A stretch of DNA of 59,560 bases from Catajapyx aquilonaris (lineage: Eukaryota), in the NCBI GenBank assembly GCA_000934665.2, contig JYFJ02002295.1, forward strand, positions 1-59,560, in the 5' to 3' direction. This document shows, piece after piece, positions 24,913-38,600 of the stretch; position 1 is the stretch's first letter, and every line of letters starts with the position of its first letter. The notes under the pieces are model-generated. The model made no database searches and was not told the origin of the DNA. It saw only the letters and a list, made by a program, of their open reading frames with translations. A program made the position numbers and the translations under genes.

Positions 24913-25451
24913 TATTTATTTGAAGTCCAGGTACGAAGGAAGTTTATAGTCTACGATCAAAATACCGCAGGAGCTTAAATTATACCGTACTAACACGTCA
25001 CATGTTAATTATTCAGACGCCATATTATGTATAGCCTACATTATACTCATTACTGTACAGTAATGAGTATACTGTAGGCTATACATGTGGACTCCGGATT
25101 AGACAATGATATCGAAAAATATTGTTTCAGATTTTGAAATGTTTTGAAGTTGGACATTTCTGTGGGTCACTGATCCGAGAAACGGCTATTTAAGAATTTC
25201 ACCAAAAAAGTAGATGAAACGGACAATATACTGCACGTCTTGTTCTTGCATCGCACATTGCTTTCAGCTGCGTCTCATGAAGATCTACTCTACCATTCAG
25301 GATGAACAATCATGACCCTTTCAGATGCTTAGAAAAGCTGATGTAGACTATATTATTTTGATATCCCTGGCTAATATCCTACAGTATAATATTGTTGATT
25401 TCAAACATATACGAGAGTTTTTAGAGCCTTTTAATTAACCAAGCGTTAAAT

Positions 25452-25694
25452 GAGGGGTGTGGTGGGAAAAGGCGATAACCCTCATTTTTGTCATTTTTGA
25501 CCTAAACAACTATGACGTAAAAGACATGACAAAGAGTTTGGTATACTCCAAGTTCACGTATCATGCACATGACGGCAACACGGACTAGATCACATCCAGC
25601 ATTCCCTATGATTTGTGATAGGAGTGCAAACTTTAATTCGCTCTCCTGAAAATTCACACTTTTGAATGTTATCACCTTTTTCCACACACCCCTC
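25452..25694. mobile_element. Sola-like MITE
   Basis: ~27-bp TIR GAGGGGTGTG...CACACCCCTC with 4-bp AAAT duplication on both sides. Confidence 0.6.
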
Positions 25695-25935
25695 AAATGT
25701 TAAACGGAATAATAATTATCAGTGCGGGCGTTATTCCTTGGGTTATTCCATAACAGTTCGGACGAAATTAAATAAAAAACGTCACCGTTTATCATAAAAT
25801 GTGAACTAAAATTAGAACGTGGCTTCGTTATGTTGATAAAAAATGTTGTGAAGTTTCTAAATCACTTCGGATGTCAAGGTCAAGAGCTAACTAAAGTCAC
25901 CAAGTCATAAACACATACCACTTATCGGTATACAG

Positions 25936-26664
25936 CAGGGCAGGGGTTCCCAACCAGGGGTTCCCGCACCCCCAGGGGGTGTGAGGTAGGCCTACCCATA
26001 GATAGATTTGTCTTAAATATGGACTTAGTCAATGTTTTCGCCCGAAACAGTCAATTAGTCCATGTCTCAGGTGCTGTGCTGGTCACGTTTGAAAACCGTG
26101 TGTTCTTCTTTCAAGAGGCTCTCAACTTCACTCCATGGAGCGATGGAGGTCAAGGTCTTGGACTTGCACAATTCCAGAGAGGTGTTGTAGGTGGTCCTGA
26201 AGGTAGTGTCCGGTCACTCTTGTTCGTCCCAATAGTGATCACTTCCTACGAGTGAGGGACCTGGTGGACGTCTGGTCTCGCATTGGATGGACACACGACT
26301 CACCCTGCTAGTTATCAACAATTCATGTTCAAGAACGCCTGACATCATAGACATGTAACGCATACATAGGTGACGTTGCGTATGGTACTAGTTGGCACAC
26401 TCGGCTTCTTTGCATCAGGGCATGGGTACATAATGTACAACGCTCGTCACCTTTTCTCATGAGGACAACCCTAAAAATAAAATTTTGGCTTCTGATACGA
26501 ATTTGAAGCTTCGAATAATGATATCGACATATGAACTGTTAATAAATGATGGTTAAAACAAAAGAAAGGAAAAATAAAACATTCATCACGCCCAGTATAG
26601 GGGGTGCGAGAAGGACCAACAGTCGTCAAAGGGGTGTGGAGTACCGAAAAGGTTGGGACATTTG
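25936..26664. mobile_element. hAT (Charlie-like) non-autonomous element
   Basis: CAGGGGTTCCCAACC left end, degenerate AAAAGGTTGGGA..TG right end, 8-bp TSD gtatacag at 25928-25935 and 26665-26672. Confidence 0.6.
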
Positions 26665-27559
26665 GTATACAGTTTATCTCGGCAAGTACAGTATGTGTCC
26701 TAAAGCTACAAAATGTGTGTCAAATTATTTCAGAGATTGTGACTATTTTAGTGGAAAATAATTCGAAATACTCTAGTGCCAAAAATCCTGCAACTTTAAG
26801 AGTCAAAATACTGTATGTGATCTTTGATATGGGCGTGTTTATCACCACGTTGATTTTTTCCAAAATATTCAGAAATTCCCGGTGATATTCCTCTGTCGAC
26901 AGGTGAAATAATCGCGAAGGTGATAGATTTTGTTTTTAGGGGGCGATCCAGGCGTAATGAAAGGGCGACCGCGTTGCGCACGACTTGTCTAAGAACTTCG
27001 GATGACGGGGGAATCCCCCTGTACTTTTCTTCCTCCTGCAAACCACTGTGCGTCTTGTTATGTAGGCAGAGGACTTATTGTATAGAATAAGTCACTCAAA
27101 GGTCACAAGGAGTAGTGAGACTGTAGAAATTTTCTAAGGGCACATAATCGGAAAACTTGGTTACACCCATTCAACTGCGATGGTTTCGATGAATCATGCA
27201 GTTATTACGAAACAAGTTCATTAACCATTCTTAATATCAGTCAGGTGTAAAAACATACTCTTTGAAACTTCTGAGTTATAAGCTTATAAGACAGTAGACT
27301 ACTCCTAATGTTAATAAGTAGTGCAGAGCGGGGTACAGCGGTCCACGGGGCACACAGTGCTGGTCCTTTGCTCCTTCTATTTAAAAAATACAAGAAACCG
27401 GAATAACATCTTCATCTGGTACCTCGTGAAACAAGTACTATTGTGCACCATGCCAACATGACAGTCACCTGCGAGATGCCTGCGGTCCTGCTGAATCAGG
27501 GGAAATCTATTTGAAGGGTAGTGAAGTTACTTCTAATCCACAGTTTAAATGCCATGTCA

Positions 27560-27900
27560 GGCGTAGATGCTGGGCATGAGACCATGACCCAAATGTTGTT
27601 GAATAGTGTCATCCTTTGTTCATAAATGATGGAAATTAGGGAAGCGTCATTTGCAATGGAAGCTATGATTCATAACATCATGTCAGTTACTTCCCTCTGG
27701 GGAACAGTGCTGGTCCAATGGACCAGCAGTGTGCACTTCTTTGTGGACGACTATGCCATGTTTTGCCTCTGTACAGTAATCAATGTCATAGAAGGTTTCT
27801 ATGCGAATGGTTTTGACAGACACTATTATGAAGTAAAGTTCATGCGATGAAGGATGTGGTACTGGCAGGACAAAGTCTATATTCCGGAGAGAAGCGATGT
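27560..27900 (+). mobile_element. Highly degenerate LINE reverse-transcriptase fragment
   Basis: Remnants GTVL(GP) and FFVDD resemble the RT motifs GSVLGP and YADD; frame disrupted. Confidence 0.3.
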
Positions 27901-28658
27901 TTCACTTATGTCCACAGGTTGCAGTAACAGAAGTCCTTTTTTCTTATTTCCTATTTATTTAGAGGGGTTAGATGTAGGGAAAAATAATATATAGCCTACT
28001 TCTTGTGCTAATTATGAGTCCCGATGACCTCCCCGTACGACTAGCGACTGTGCCCCGGGCATCGGGGTACAGTGGTCCATTTGCATAGGGTAGCCTATAA
28101 AAAATTCAAAGCCAAAGGGATGGCATTGCCTGTGAATATATTAGTGACGTATATTACCAATGAGTACCTTTACTATTCTGGAAAATATTGGGTCTGTAGG
28201 TATAACAGGAACTCTTATAAAATTCAAATGTGCAAAAGTGGACCACTGTGCTCGCCCGGTCTCTCCTATTCCGCTCTGGTGTGTCAATCCATAAGAAGTA
28301 GTGCAACGCGAGTGCAACCTGGTTCTTGACCATTATTTACTCGTAAAATATGATTTTCTTTGCAATTACCATAACAAGTTCGTAGTTCAAGACGACCATT
28401 ATTTTAATTTTGTTGCTTTTGGTTTTCGCTTAGTGGCCATATTTGTTTTGCATTTTTTTTAGAACTTCAAGGAATCCCAGTTATCCGTGGGTAATTATTC
28501 CCACAGATAACTGGGGCCCACTGCGTATAGCAAATAATATTTGAATAGGAACTGTGTTGCTTTACTTCATGAGAAGTAATGAGAATTATCCCTGACCTCT
28601 TCAGGCTACTCCGATGAGGCCAAACCTGGACAACACTGAGCAGCTGAAGAAGAAAATC

Positions 28659-28661
<3 letters not shown>

Positions 28662-28727
<66 letters not shown>
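28662..28727. repeat. (ATT)n microsatellite
   Basis: Pure trinucleotide run; similar runs at about 10131-10187, 23113-23157 and 55368-55439. Confidence 0.9.
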
Positions 28728-28729
<2 letters not shown>

Positions 28730-30519
28730 GCATATGGCAACTTTTATGACATGTCACCGAGTCATAGGCTGGTCTGGCACAATCGCAACTAGGTCCCAGC
28801 ATATCCCGTAATATTGTACTCCACCTACTCCGCCCGAGCTGATAAGCATTTTCAAAGAGCCAAGCCTCCCCTTCATATACACCCAACCAACGACCCCTTT
28901 TGTGTTCAATAGTGCTCCACATGCGAGTTACGTCTTCTGCACACGGCATGAGAAAAGTCGCGCCTTCAATTTAGACTTGGAGGAATTCGCTTTCAGACCT
29001 TTTGTCCAGATCCCGCTAAATTCGGCTCAAGCTTGACAAATTGCCAGGGCAAGGCTGGAAGAAGGTAAGAAGAATATAAAAAAAATCCGTTAATGTTTTC
29101 TGGCTTTACGTACATTCGGCATGCGAATGAAGGTCGCTCTGCGGCCACTGCATTTGTACCGTACTGTAAAGACGAGTCACTTTGGGTAGTAACCCCCCCT
29201 GCGATTTTCCGCCGGAATTATGGTAGCTCTTTTCAAACGGATGGCACAGACTCCGTTACTCCCATGACTACTGTGGTCTGCTGTATGCTGCCACTTCCGT
29301 GACCAGTTGTTTCTACTCTGAACAATGAGCCTATTGCGCCAGTAGCATGGTGTTTTCCTCCCCAGATGTATTACAAAATGTTGTCAAAATTGCTGCAAAT
29401 AATTTTTGTTGGTGGGCTCTCATTTGCTAATATTTTGGCATCTGGTCTAACCACTCCTTGGAATAATAAAAGGACGGCTTTTTTTTGCTATGGAGAAATT
29501 CCGAAGTGGTTTAAAATATTCATGTTCCAAGAAATCTGCGAGTCGTTACAAAAGAAGAACACCTTTTGCCACACTTTTTGAATACCAAACCGGATACCCA
29601 ATTGGATGCACCATTTCTCATTTAATAAGCTTCCTGGCCTAAAGCCAAACATCGACCGAGTTCGGTCCAGATAAGCCATTTTTATTAATGCTATACCCAT
29701 TTAATACAATGTTGGCAACCAGGACGCGAATTTGGAGGTCATGAATGCATGCGGAAATCCCACTACAGCGAAATTGCAACTGCAATTTCCCACGATCATT
29801 TCATGCATGCAATCTGTCCTATCGCTTAAATGATTTAAGTAGAGACTACTGAGCATTAACTCTATGCTATAAATTTTTTTTCTGTATCATCAAAATCTAG
29901 ACAGACAACATGTAATCCTTGCATCTACCTGTGGGATGATAGATAATATTTTCTGATATTTGTCAGGTGAAAGTGTCCTTTTCCTTCATTCGATGTGTGT
30001 GGTGTGGGGTTGGATAAGGGGAAGAGGCTGGAAGGGTGGTGGACTAGGTGAGTAGGAGAGGGGGGGGGGGGGGAAGGACAAGGCTATCCCAGGTCATTCA
30101 CTTCCCCATCAGCTGAACGTAAACCTGCGGTACCAAGTAAAGAGACCGTCAGCACGTGAATTTCTCAGAGCAGAAGTTTTTCGATTCCAACATTTTCCCC
30201 TCCCTCGGTCACCCATGAAATCCCTAATACCAGTGGGCTACATGCCGTCACCCTCACTCCATCCCCAAACCTTCCCTATTTTAGCTGGAATTTTCTGAAT
30301 TCCGAAAAAGGAAGGCAAGGTCTTGGCCTTGAGTTTGCCGGCTGAAATTAATAAGAAGGACCGAAAGGAATTAATCACTGCACTTGTTAGAAGCGACTTC
30401 TTGGAAAAACAATGGTGTTAGTGAGCGGACAGAGAGAAATGACATCCTGCCCTGCAATTACAATAGAGCGTAAAATAAGGGCCCTATTATAATAAATGCT
30501 TATTATAATACAATTATAT

Positions 30520-30706
30520 CCGTCAATTGGGGTGAGATTGTGCCAGCGCATTTTTTGGACAACATTGTGCCCTACCGCTAATTTTACTAGTCATTGCCAA
30601 CCTTGACCACACCTCAATGTAGTAAAACATGCATAAATTCGCTTGCTGCCAGTAGGGTGCACTGTTGTCCAAAAATGCGCTGGCACAATCTCACCCCAAT
30701 TGACAG
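30520..30706. mobile_element. Small MITE with ~55-bp TIRs
   Basis: C(C/T)GTCAATTGGGGTGAGATTGTGCCAGCGCA inverted termini in TA-rich flanks. Confidence 0.7.
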
Positions 30707-33700
30707 TATTTATTGGCTAACTTTGCGAATCTATATCGTAGAATCATGTCCATCTACAGGTAGCCTCCTACTTTCCTGATTCCGTCTAAATTTTCACAAA
30801 ATGAAATTCACCCAATGACACGAAAATCGTGATTGAAGCCATTATTGTGTTTGACACCTGACAACTCTAGTCGAGATTTACTAAAGAATGCCCCTGGTGT
30901 GTAAGGGGTTTCAAGAGTCAGGGGGACGCCTGCTAATCCTCTTCCCACCTGTGGAGTTCGAACCCCGGATCAGGTTCAGAATTTGTCCCCTGCCACCATT
31001 TTCGACCACACCATATCACAGGTTGTTTCTCCCCCAAGTACAAGGTTCCCATCACTGTTAATCATTAATGGTATTCTAATGAGCGGTCATTGGAGGTGAA
31101 GGCAATTCCCACATGATCCCATCAGAGGGCGTCCTGTCCGAGGAGGAGCGCGGTCTATTTGCTTTAGGCCTCAGGTGTAGTGTACACCTACCGTAGCGTG
31201 AGGAAAGACTCTTTCTGGTTTGGAGCCTCACCTCTCCAGTGCTGTGGCCAACGCCGAGCCTGCAAGTGGTCACGAGTGAAGTGGCTTGGTTGGGAGGGTG
31301 ACTCCTTGTTTCTCAGTGATATCTTCGGGGAAGAGCTTGATCGCTCAAGGGATACTGTATGGTGTCAAGTGGTGTCAAACACACGTTACACGCTCCGGGT
31401 TCCTACTTCTCCGGAGTCTTCAGAATTTTTCATTCTTGGTGAGTATTTTTGGTGAATTTGGTGAGCCATCTGATATTAGATAGGGATTTTGTATACGAGT
31501 ATTTTGCGGTTGTGTTGAATATTCCTCGAGATATGTAGATAGTGATACTGCCAGAACAACAATTTGTATCACATGTAAATGGGAAAGTCGAAAAAAATTA
31601 ATAACGTTAAATTGTGCAATTCATGCATGTTTAAACACACTGGTTATTACCAGTATATTGTCAAAGTACTGTGGTCATGAAACCAGTTCGTGTGGCATGC
31701 AATGGAATTCCTCAGCCCTATAATTTTTAACTTACTCCCATTTTCCGGCTGTTATTTGGACTCAACTAACATCAGGGGGTGTGAGTCAAAGATCTTTAAG
31801 GGCAATAGCTGAGGGAACAGGAACTACTCAAAGTAGAAACCTGACACGTGTAAAATATTATGACGATACCTTATGAACACCGTTAGAGTGTACAATGTCC
31901 TGTATTATTATGACATCATAAACACGCATATTTGTCTTGAGTGGGCAACCAAATGCACTGAGCAGTTGTACTATCGTAGACTATGACCACAGAAATACTA
32001 TGAATGTAACCTTAGATGACAGGGTTAATTAGGTTACTCTGTTCAGTTGCATTATATTTGCATATTTGGATGCTGTATATATTACAAGGTACAATTGAAA
32101 CACTGTCATTGTTAAAATTGAATACTGGCGGAGGGTCAGGAGATAATGGCCCATGTTACAAAAATAGATCCCAGGCATGCAACTTTTTTGATGCGATGTT
32201 TTAAGTACAGGGCTACATGCCTGCGCAGATAGTGCCTTAGGGTATATACTACTTCTTGATTGATTGTTTCGTAATTAGCCTACCTAAAAATTGGCACCGC
32301 TTCTGTTGGCGAGAAAAACGTCCTCGGAATATGACAACAACCGAAGGGGTAAAGCCCCAAAGTAACCTTGAACGGATCTGATAAGCGGCTGCCTTTGACT
32401 TCGTTGTTTGCTGAACAAGATTGCGCATACCTGTCACGTTTACTGCGCCACTTAGCAAGTTTAAGGCAGGATCATTAGCGATTTGATAACTTTAGAAGAT
32501 TCCTGTGATCATTTTGTGGTCTTGAAATAATGCGGCCTGCTGGATGCCTGGATCGTTGTAATTAGTCAACTTTTCATGCGAGATTGTCACCTGCAAAAAT
32601 ACATTTTGTTTAAATAATCTAGGCCGATATCGCGGTTTAGTTTATTATTTTGAATGGTTTTAGAAAAATAATATTTGAATACATCTCCTGAAATCCGCAT
32701 GTGACATGTGCAAGAGGCTGTTTACCCCATATATATATTTTTGAGGCATCCACTTTATGTGCCAACATTTTCTGAGATATGCAACATAACTAATAATTCT
32801 GTTTTAAAACGTGTGATAGGCCTAGACGTTTTCAATATCTATCGCCGTCGTTGCTGTTTCTCTAACGTAATATCTACGTAATTATTGAACATGGGGTACT
32901 GTGCACGTGGGCATAAATGTACAAATTTATATTGCCGTATAATAGCGCAATTCCGTCACGTTTGGCGGATATACAGTATTTAAAAACCTCTTCATAAACA
33001 GCCACTTCATATAATTTTAATAATATATTATTCACAAGATTATTCATTACATTATAACACATTCCAAATATGGTAAATTCTTTTTCATTATAATTGCTGC
33101 TCACGTAGGCTACAACATTTTTGCTAACATATCAAAATAACTTCATCTTGACATGATTACCAAAAACAAACGTGCTCTGAAGTGTCAACATCATGCTCTG
33201 TCGTAGTTGGTCGTACGTACGACAACATAATAAAATTATCATTACCACGCTTGTCAATTCGAGTGCACTTGGAGCGTAACAAGCTTCGCGGGATAATAAT
33301 TCCAATATGCAATATGCCCCTACGCTCATTTTAAAAGGCACGAGGCTCCGGCATAACTTCAGTCCTGCTTATTACATCCATGGAAATAAACCTAAAACCA
33401 GAAAAGTTAGAAGAAATATACCGGCACTCGGTTCAGGCCTTGAACTGCCAGAGACTGGAAAAACGGGAAGCCACGGCCAGGACTGCAGTAACGGTATGCT
33501 ACATTTCAAAAATTATAGTTCCGAGCACAAAACACGCTCCTTTTAAAAACGTCACATCTCAAATTTGTCCATATATTATATATATGAGAATGTATTAATT
33601 AATAGGTGGAAATATGATATATTTTTTAAACGCAATATACTCATATTATGGGGGTGCTGTGCGGGGCTCTCCTCACCTTGATTTTGCTTTGTTGCGTGGC

Positions 33701-34537
33701 CCTGACCTTGGCCTCTGACTATACTCTGGGACTGTGGGATAGGGTGGGGTAAGATTAGGTGCGCGGCATGCTTTCTGCACCTTGTGTGTCTGACGGGAGC
33801 GGCAGAGTTGGAGGGGGTGAAGAGGGGGAACCATACAAGGTGTAGGCACCTTAGGCCACCACCCAGAGTAAATGATCTGGAAATGCCTCATCATGTTTCT
33901 GTCAAATCCACTTGCACCCAGACAGAAGAAGCCGCGTCTCCAATTTGGCCTGCCAGAAGGGATACAGAGTTCGATACATTTGGATGAAAATGACAGAAAA
34001 ATAGTACATAACCGGAAATGTTGGGTGAACTATCCAAATTTCGTCCCAATTTCTGAGTATTCAGTCATTAAACTACTATCCCCAATTTCACCCGGAGTCT
34101 CTGAATCACCAGATGGGGAAATCCCATCAGTTGACTTCCTTGCCGATGTCGGCATCGTCGCATCACGAACGGTGATGGATCCCATAGTTCGGCTGGGAAG
34201 AAGTGCAGGTCAAATTCCTCGTTGTGAGCGCGACGTTGCCAATGGAGAAGAGTCCCCCGCCCCCTACCATACCTACCTACCTACCTACCTGCCTTTTCCA
34301 AGCCGGTTTTTCTACTGGCCTGCTTTGTAGGCTCGGGCCTTCCTTCAATGGTCGAAGCCAGAGGAAGAAGAGGTGAGGTGACGTGTGTCCCAGTGGGTTT
34401 TCTGCCGATGACCTACTCGCAGTTTGCCGCTAGCTGCTTGAGCGAAGGAAATCAACACTGGTCCACGTGGACTTTGAACGATACGCGAGTGTATTTTTTA
34501 TTATTATTTATATTCGAGTGTTGCTGCCCAAGTGTGT

Positions 34538-34579
34538 ATGGTCATTTTCCCGCGAGGAGGCCTTTGCATGTTGCCGGAG
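34538..34579 (+). CDS. Serine protease, putative first coding exon (MVIFPRGGLCMLPE)
   Basis: ATG with phase-0 donor GAG|gtgaga, in frame with the exon at 35498; Inr-like GCAGTT near 34419. Could instead be 5'UTR. Confidence 0.35.
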
Positions 34580-35497
34580 GTGAGAATAAATTCGTTACGG
34601 TGGAACAAGTCGCGAATTGTCTTCCAGTTCCTTGAACCTTTCCGTCCACGGCCAATTGGTGGAGTTCTGACACGCACTTTTCCTAAACCACATCCAATTT
34701 GAAATGAGTGCTCCAGGGAGGTCGTGGCCAACTCTTGATTTATTTATTTTTTCGAATGGAATTTGGCACATTTTGTGCTTCAGTTTGAATTGTAGCAATT
34801 TTGGCCTATAATGAGATACACCCCACTTCCTACCTGCCATCTATAAATAATATTTTCTAGGTTATCACTTCAACTCTCGTGCCCCCAAGAACCTTAATCT
34901 CTCAATTCATATTAACACGCACCATAGGCCTATTTTTTAAGTCTTCGAATCCAAATCCCGTTAGAATCCAAATGAGTTGGCAGATGCCTTTTGTGCGCCC
35001 GAGACATTGTAAATTGCGTTGTGTTGTTGGAAAAAGGGCGGCCCCGTGTTGCCTGTGGGTTCCACTTGGCCCTTTATACTACCTGTTAACGGGGATGGCA
35101 GCCAACGAGCCTACAGGTGAGCTGGGGTGAAAAACCGGAGAACCGCCAGTGGCAATGGAATTGCGAATCCGGGATTTTTTTTAAAAAATATACAGTATAT
35201 GTTGTTGTTATTAAAAGTTGTCAAGTGTGACTCGTTATCGTTTCGGCAGAGTGAATAGCCATTTGCAGCGGAGAATATTTTCCGCATGATCATGTTATTT
35301 TAATAAGCTAGCATCTCACAATGCGTAGTTGCATAGGGTACGTTATTCTTGAGGGTTGTTTGATACGGTTGATGACGTGCAGTAAATAGTCTGCAGGATG
35401 TGACATCCTAGTTGGTGGTGTCGTAATCATGTGGTGTGAGAGAGTGGATTTCTGGATATTTTCACTTTTGCCCTTTCTGTTTTTCTGTTCGTTTCAG

Positions 35498-35651
35498 ATC
35501 CTAAGCAGAAACATGAGAAACTTCCGACTGAGCACACCATCAGCAGTTCCTCTGCTTCAATCTCTATCATGGATGCATCTAACCTGCCTCTCCTTCGTAC
35601 TCGTAGGATTGGTTCATAGTCGAACTCACTTACCTTCTTCCTATCATAGAG
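35498..35651 (+). CDS. Serine protease, N-terminal signal/anchor exon
   Basis: Strong acceptor and AGAG|gtaagc donor; encodes MRNF...WMHLTCLSFVLVGLVHS...YHR(G); phase 1 joins GPGRNIRPLPC in frame. Confidence 0.7.
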
Positions 35652-38600
35652 GTAAGCCTCGTTTTTTTGTTGTTGAATATTGTGCAGTGTTACTATTTAC
35701 GGTACCGTATGTAAAACCCGGTTATCCAAGGTTTGAAAATATTAAATAAGTATTAAATTAAAATATTACAACACGTATTTTTCAGTTAACTACGTTATTG
35801 CTAAAACTCTCCTTGTTAATTTTTTAAATGTCGTAATGCACATAATTTGTATATATTACATATAGGATTCGGTTTATCTACGAGGGAACTTGAACCAATT
35901 AGTGCGTATAACCGGGGGTCCACTGTACACGCTTTAAAGCGATATGAGGGAAAATGTACTCTGATGCGTAAAGGAGGAAGTGACACCTGTTTGTTTATAA
36001 AACACGTTGGATTAAGCCGCATGACATGTGCTAAATTGCTGGTTTTATGGTCATTGAACACCGGATGACTCTTTTTTCAAAACTATATTATTTTGTAATA
36101 TACTTTAAAGCAATTTATTTGATTCTGAATCAGTTTCAGTTTCTCATGCTATTATTAGTAGGTCTATGTAATTATGTACTAGTACTATTGCGTGTTTATT
36201 AGTAGGCCTAGCAGTAGTGCTAATGTAGCATTAGCAGCATGTTACCTAATTCACAATACATAATCTTAGATTTTCTTTTAATTTTAGTTGATACTTTACC
36301 ACACTTATGCCATTGAATGTAGTAAAATAGGTAGCTCATTTGTCAATTTGTATGATCACACCAATATTTCGTCAACATTAACGTCTGCCGACCAGTTACA
36401 ATCACGATTAACTAAAATCTAACACCACCTAGTCCTTACAGTATAAGATATCAAAATTAGCGCATAGCTATTAGCTTAAAAAGGCCCGCCTTTTTTAGTG
36501 TAAGAATTTCCCTGGGTATGTATGGCTGGCAGGCGCCTAGTAGAGGATGGAAAGCGAGTTGAGAACGGGTTTAGAAGACGACCGCTAGTCCTGGAGCCTT
36601 GGCCTCAGGATCCCGTTGACCCTCTCGAGCTTCCTTACCAAGGGCCACCGAACGTCTGCTCACAAGAATTATTCAGGTCACAACAAACGGCTGCTCTCAA
36701 GTTGCTTTTTTATACCCCTCTCGCTTCCCATCAGGACAAAAAAAAAAAAGCGAGACCCATACCCAAAAATTATGCTACTCTTCGTTTTACCCACGTGTTT
36801 ATTAGTGGCGCCACCCAGGCCTGAACAAGTGCAAGTTACAGTTACGCGACTTTTAACGGCTTATTATGCACTGACGTGTCTCTTATTATGCTCCGGGCCA
36901 GTTAATGGCCTGGCGAACGAATTTATTTTGGGCGAGTTTATCGAGGTTAACTTCCGTTATGGACACAGGTGCCCATCTGGACGAAAATGGTTGTGCAAAT
37001 TGAGCGCAATTTTGACTTACTTAGTTTTTCAGGCGTCATACTGTGTGAATTCTGAATGTGTTGTTCAAAAATAAGTAAAGACTAATATTGCGAGAAGTAA
37101 TTATTTCATAGGTAGCACCATAATGTGTTCATATCCTAATGTGAGTGTTGTATAGTTGGCTTAAGTTTGCTAAGTAATTGAATTAAATATATTGCTCGCA
37201 AACGGTACATATATGCAATACGGCACCTATTATATTGTTGCTGAATAATGTATTCAGGTTCATTTGTAATGTACAAGTAGTACAAAACACATTGCATTGA
37301 CATTATTGCTCTACTGCAAGAACTTTTTTCTTTGCCCGTGTAATAAGATCGGAATTGACATAGTTTCCTTAGCTTCATTTCTTTTATCAGAGAACAAGTA
37401 ATGCGGTGATGTCAACTTTCTACGAACTGGATGGAATTCTGTTTGTGCGATTTACACCACAGTCCCTGGCCACTATCCCGATAGCCTACTTCTACTTCCC
37501 ATACACCGTTAATCACATGACGTAACCATTTCGGTAGGGCAATCCCCGGAAGATGTGGTGGGGCCGATGGAGTAGATTTTGGGTTTTTGGATCCTCCCGA
37601 TTCCCACCTTGCTAACCGCATTTCCTTTCCAAACCAATGAGACTTCTGTTATGGGCATGGGACTTGGCCCACAAAACGTTTGTTTCCATAATCCCTTATG
37701 GCTCTAGGCCGTGAGTAATTCGCAGCCTTAACCTTTTTCTAGGCCAAATATTGTTACGGGAGGACATGAGACATACTTCCCACAGAGGTGAGCCTTTTGA
37801 ATATGACGGAAGAAAAGTATTGAAAAAGCGCATCACCTAGCGCACCCATTACACACTAATTTTATTGGTAGGCCAATAATACGGTACCTTAGAAATGCTT
37901 GGTGACCTTGGCCTCTTCACGTTACTAACAAGCCCTTCCCAAAGGACATTGCTCTTGTAACGCCATTGTAAGGTAATAAAAAGACATTGTAAATGCTGAA
38001 GTAGTCTGCTATTATCGCCGGGACATGTGTCGGGGGTTTATAAGTGTAAATAGCATGTTTGAAGCATTCATCTTTGCGTAACTCCCGCATTTGGCTTACA
38101 ATATTATGTTGATAATTATTATTGACATTTGTCTGTGTACGCCTATGTGAAATCAGCAATTATTCAGCCAGTTGTTTATATTTGCACGTGAAAATTCCCT
38201 AAAAAGATGAAGTGCAGGGACTTATTTGCATGCATTGTCACAATATCATCATGTTAAGCAATCTCGAATGAGGCTTCAATAAATTATAGTGGAATGGCCA
38301 AACACACACTACTACCCAGTTTCAAAAATTTCCACACGAGATGGGTTCTAAGATGAGCAGAAAGGGAGAGTAGATTTTGAGGGCTTTTCTTTTATACGTA
38401 TCGTAATTCCCATAAGAAAAAAAATCATTACCATACGTCAATGACCTGTTATGTTTAATAGGATCTCATTAGAGAGTGCCCATGGGAGCAATTCCGTAAC
38501 AAGTAGTTAGGTGCTTTTAGGAACTTATTAAATTGACGTGTAACACGTTGGTTCAGTTATGTCTCATGAATCCAGGTTAGGGTACGCTGACTACAGAACT

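Noticed and set aside
28467..28949. Poly-Ile/poly-Tyr ORFs (also 23057-23350)
   Set aside because: Translations of (ATT)n microsatellites.
31080..31440. Possible extra 5' exon of the protease (donor cttg|gtgagt)
   Set aside because: A donor motif alone is insufficient; no coding signal or promoter support.
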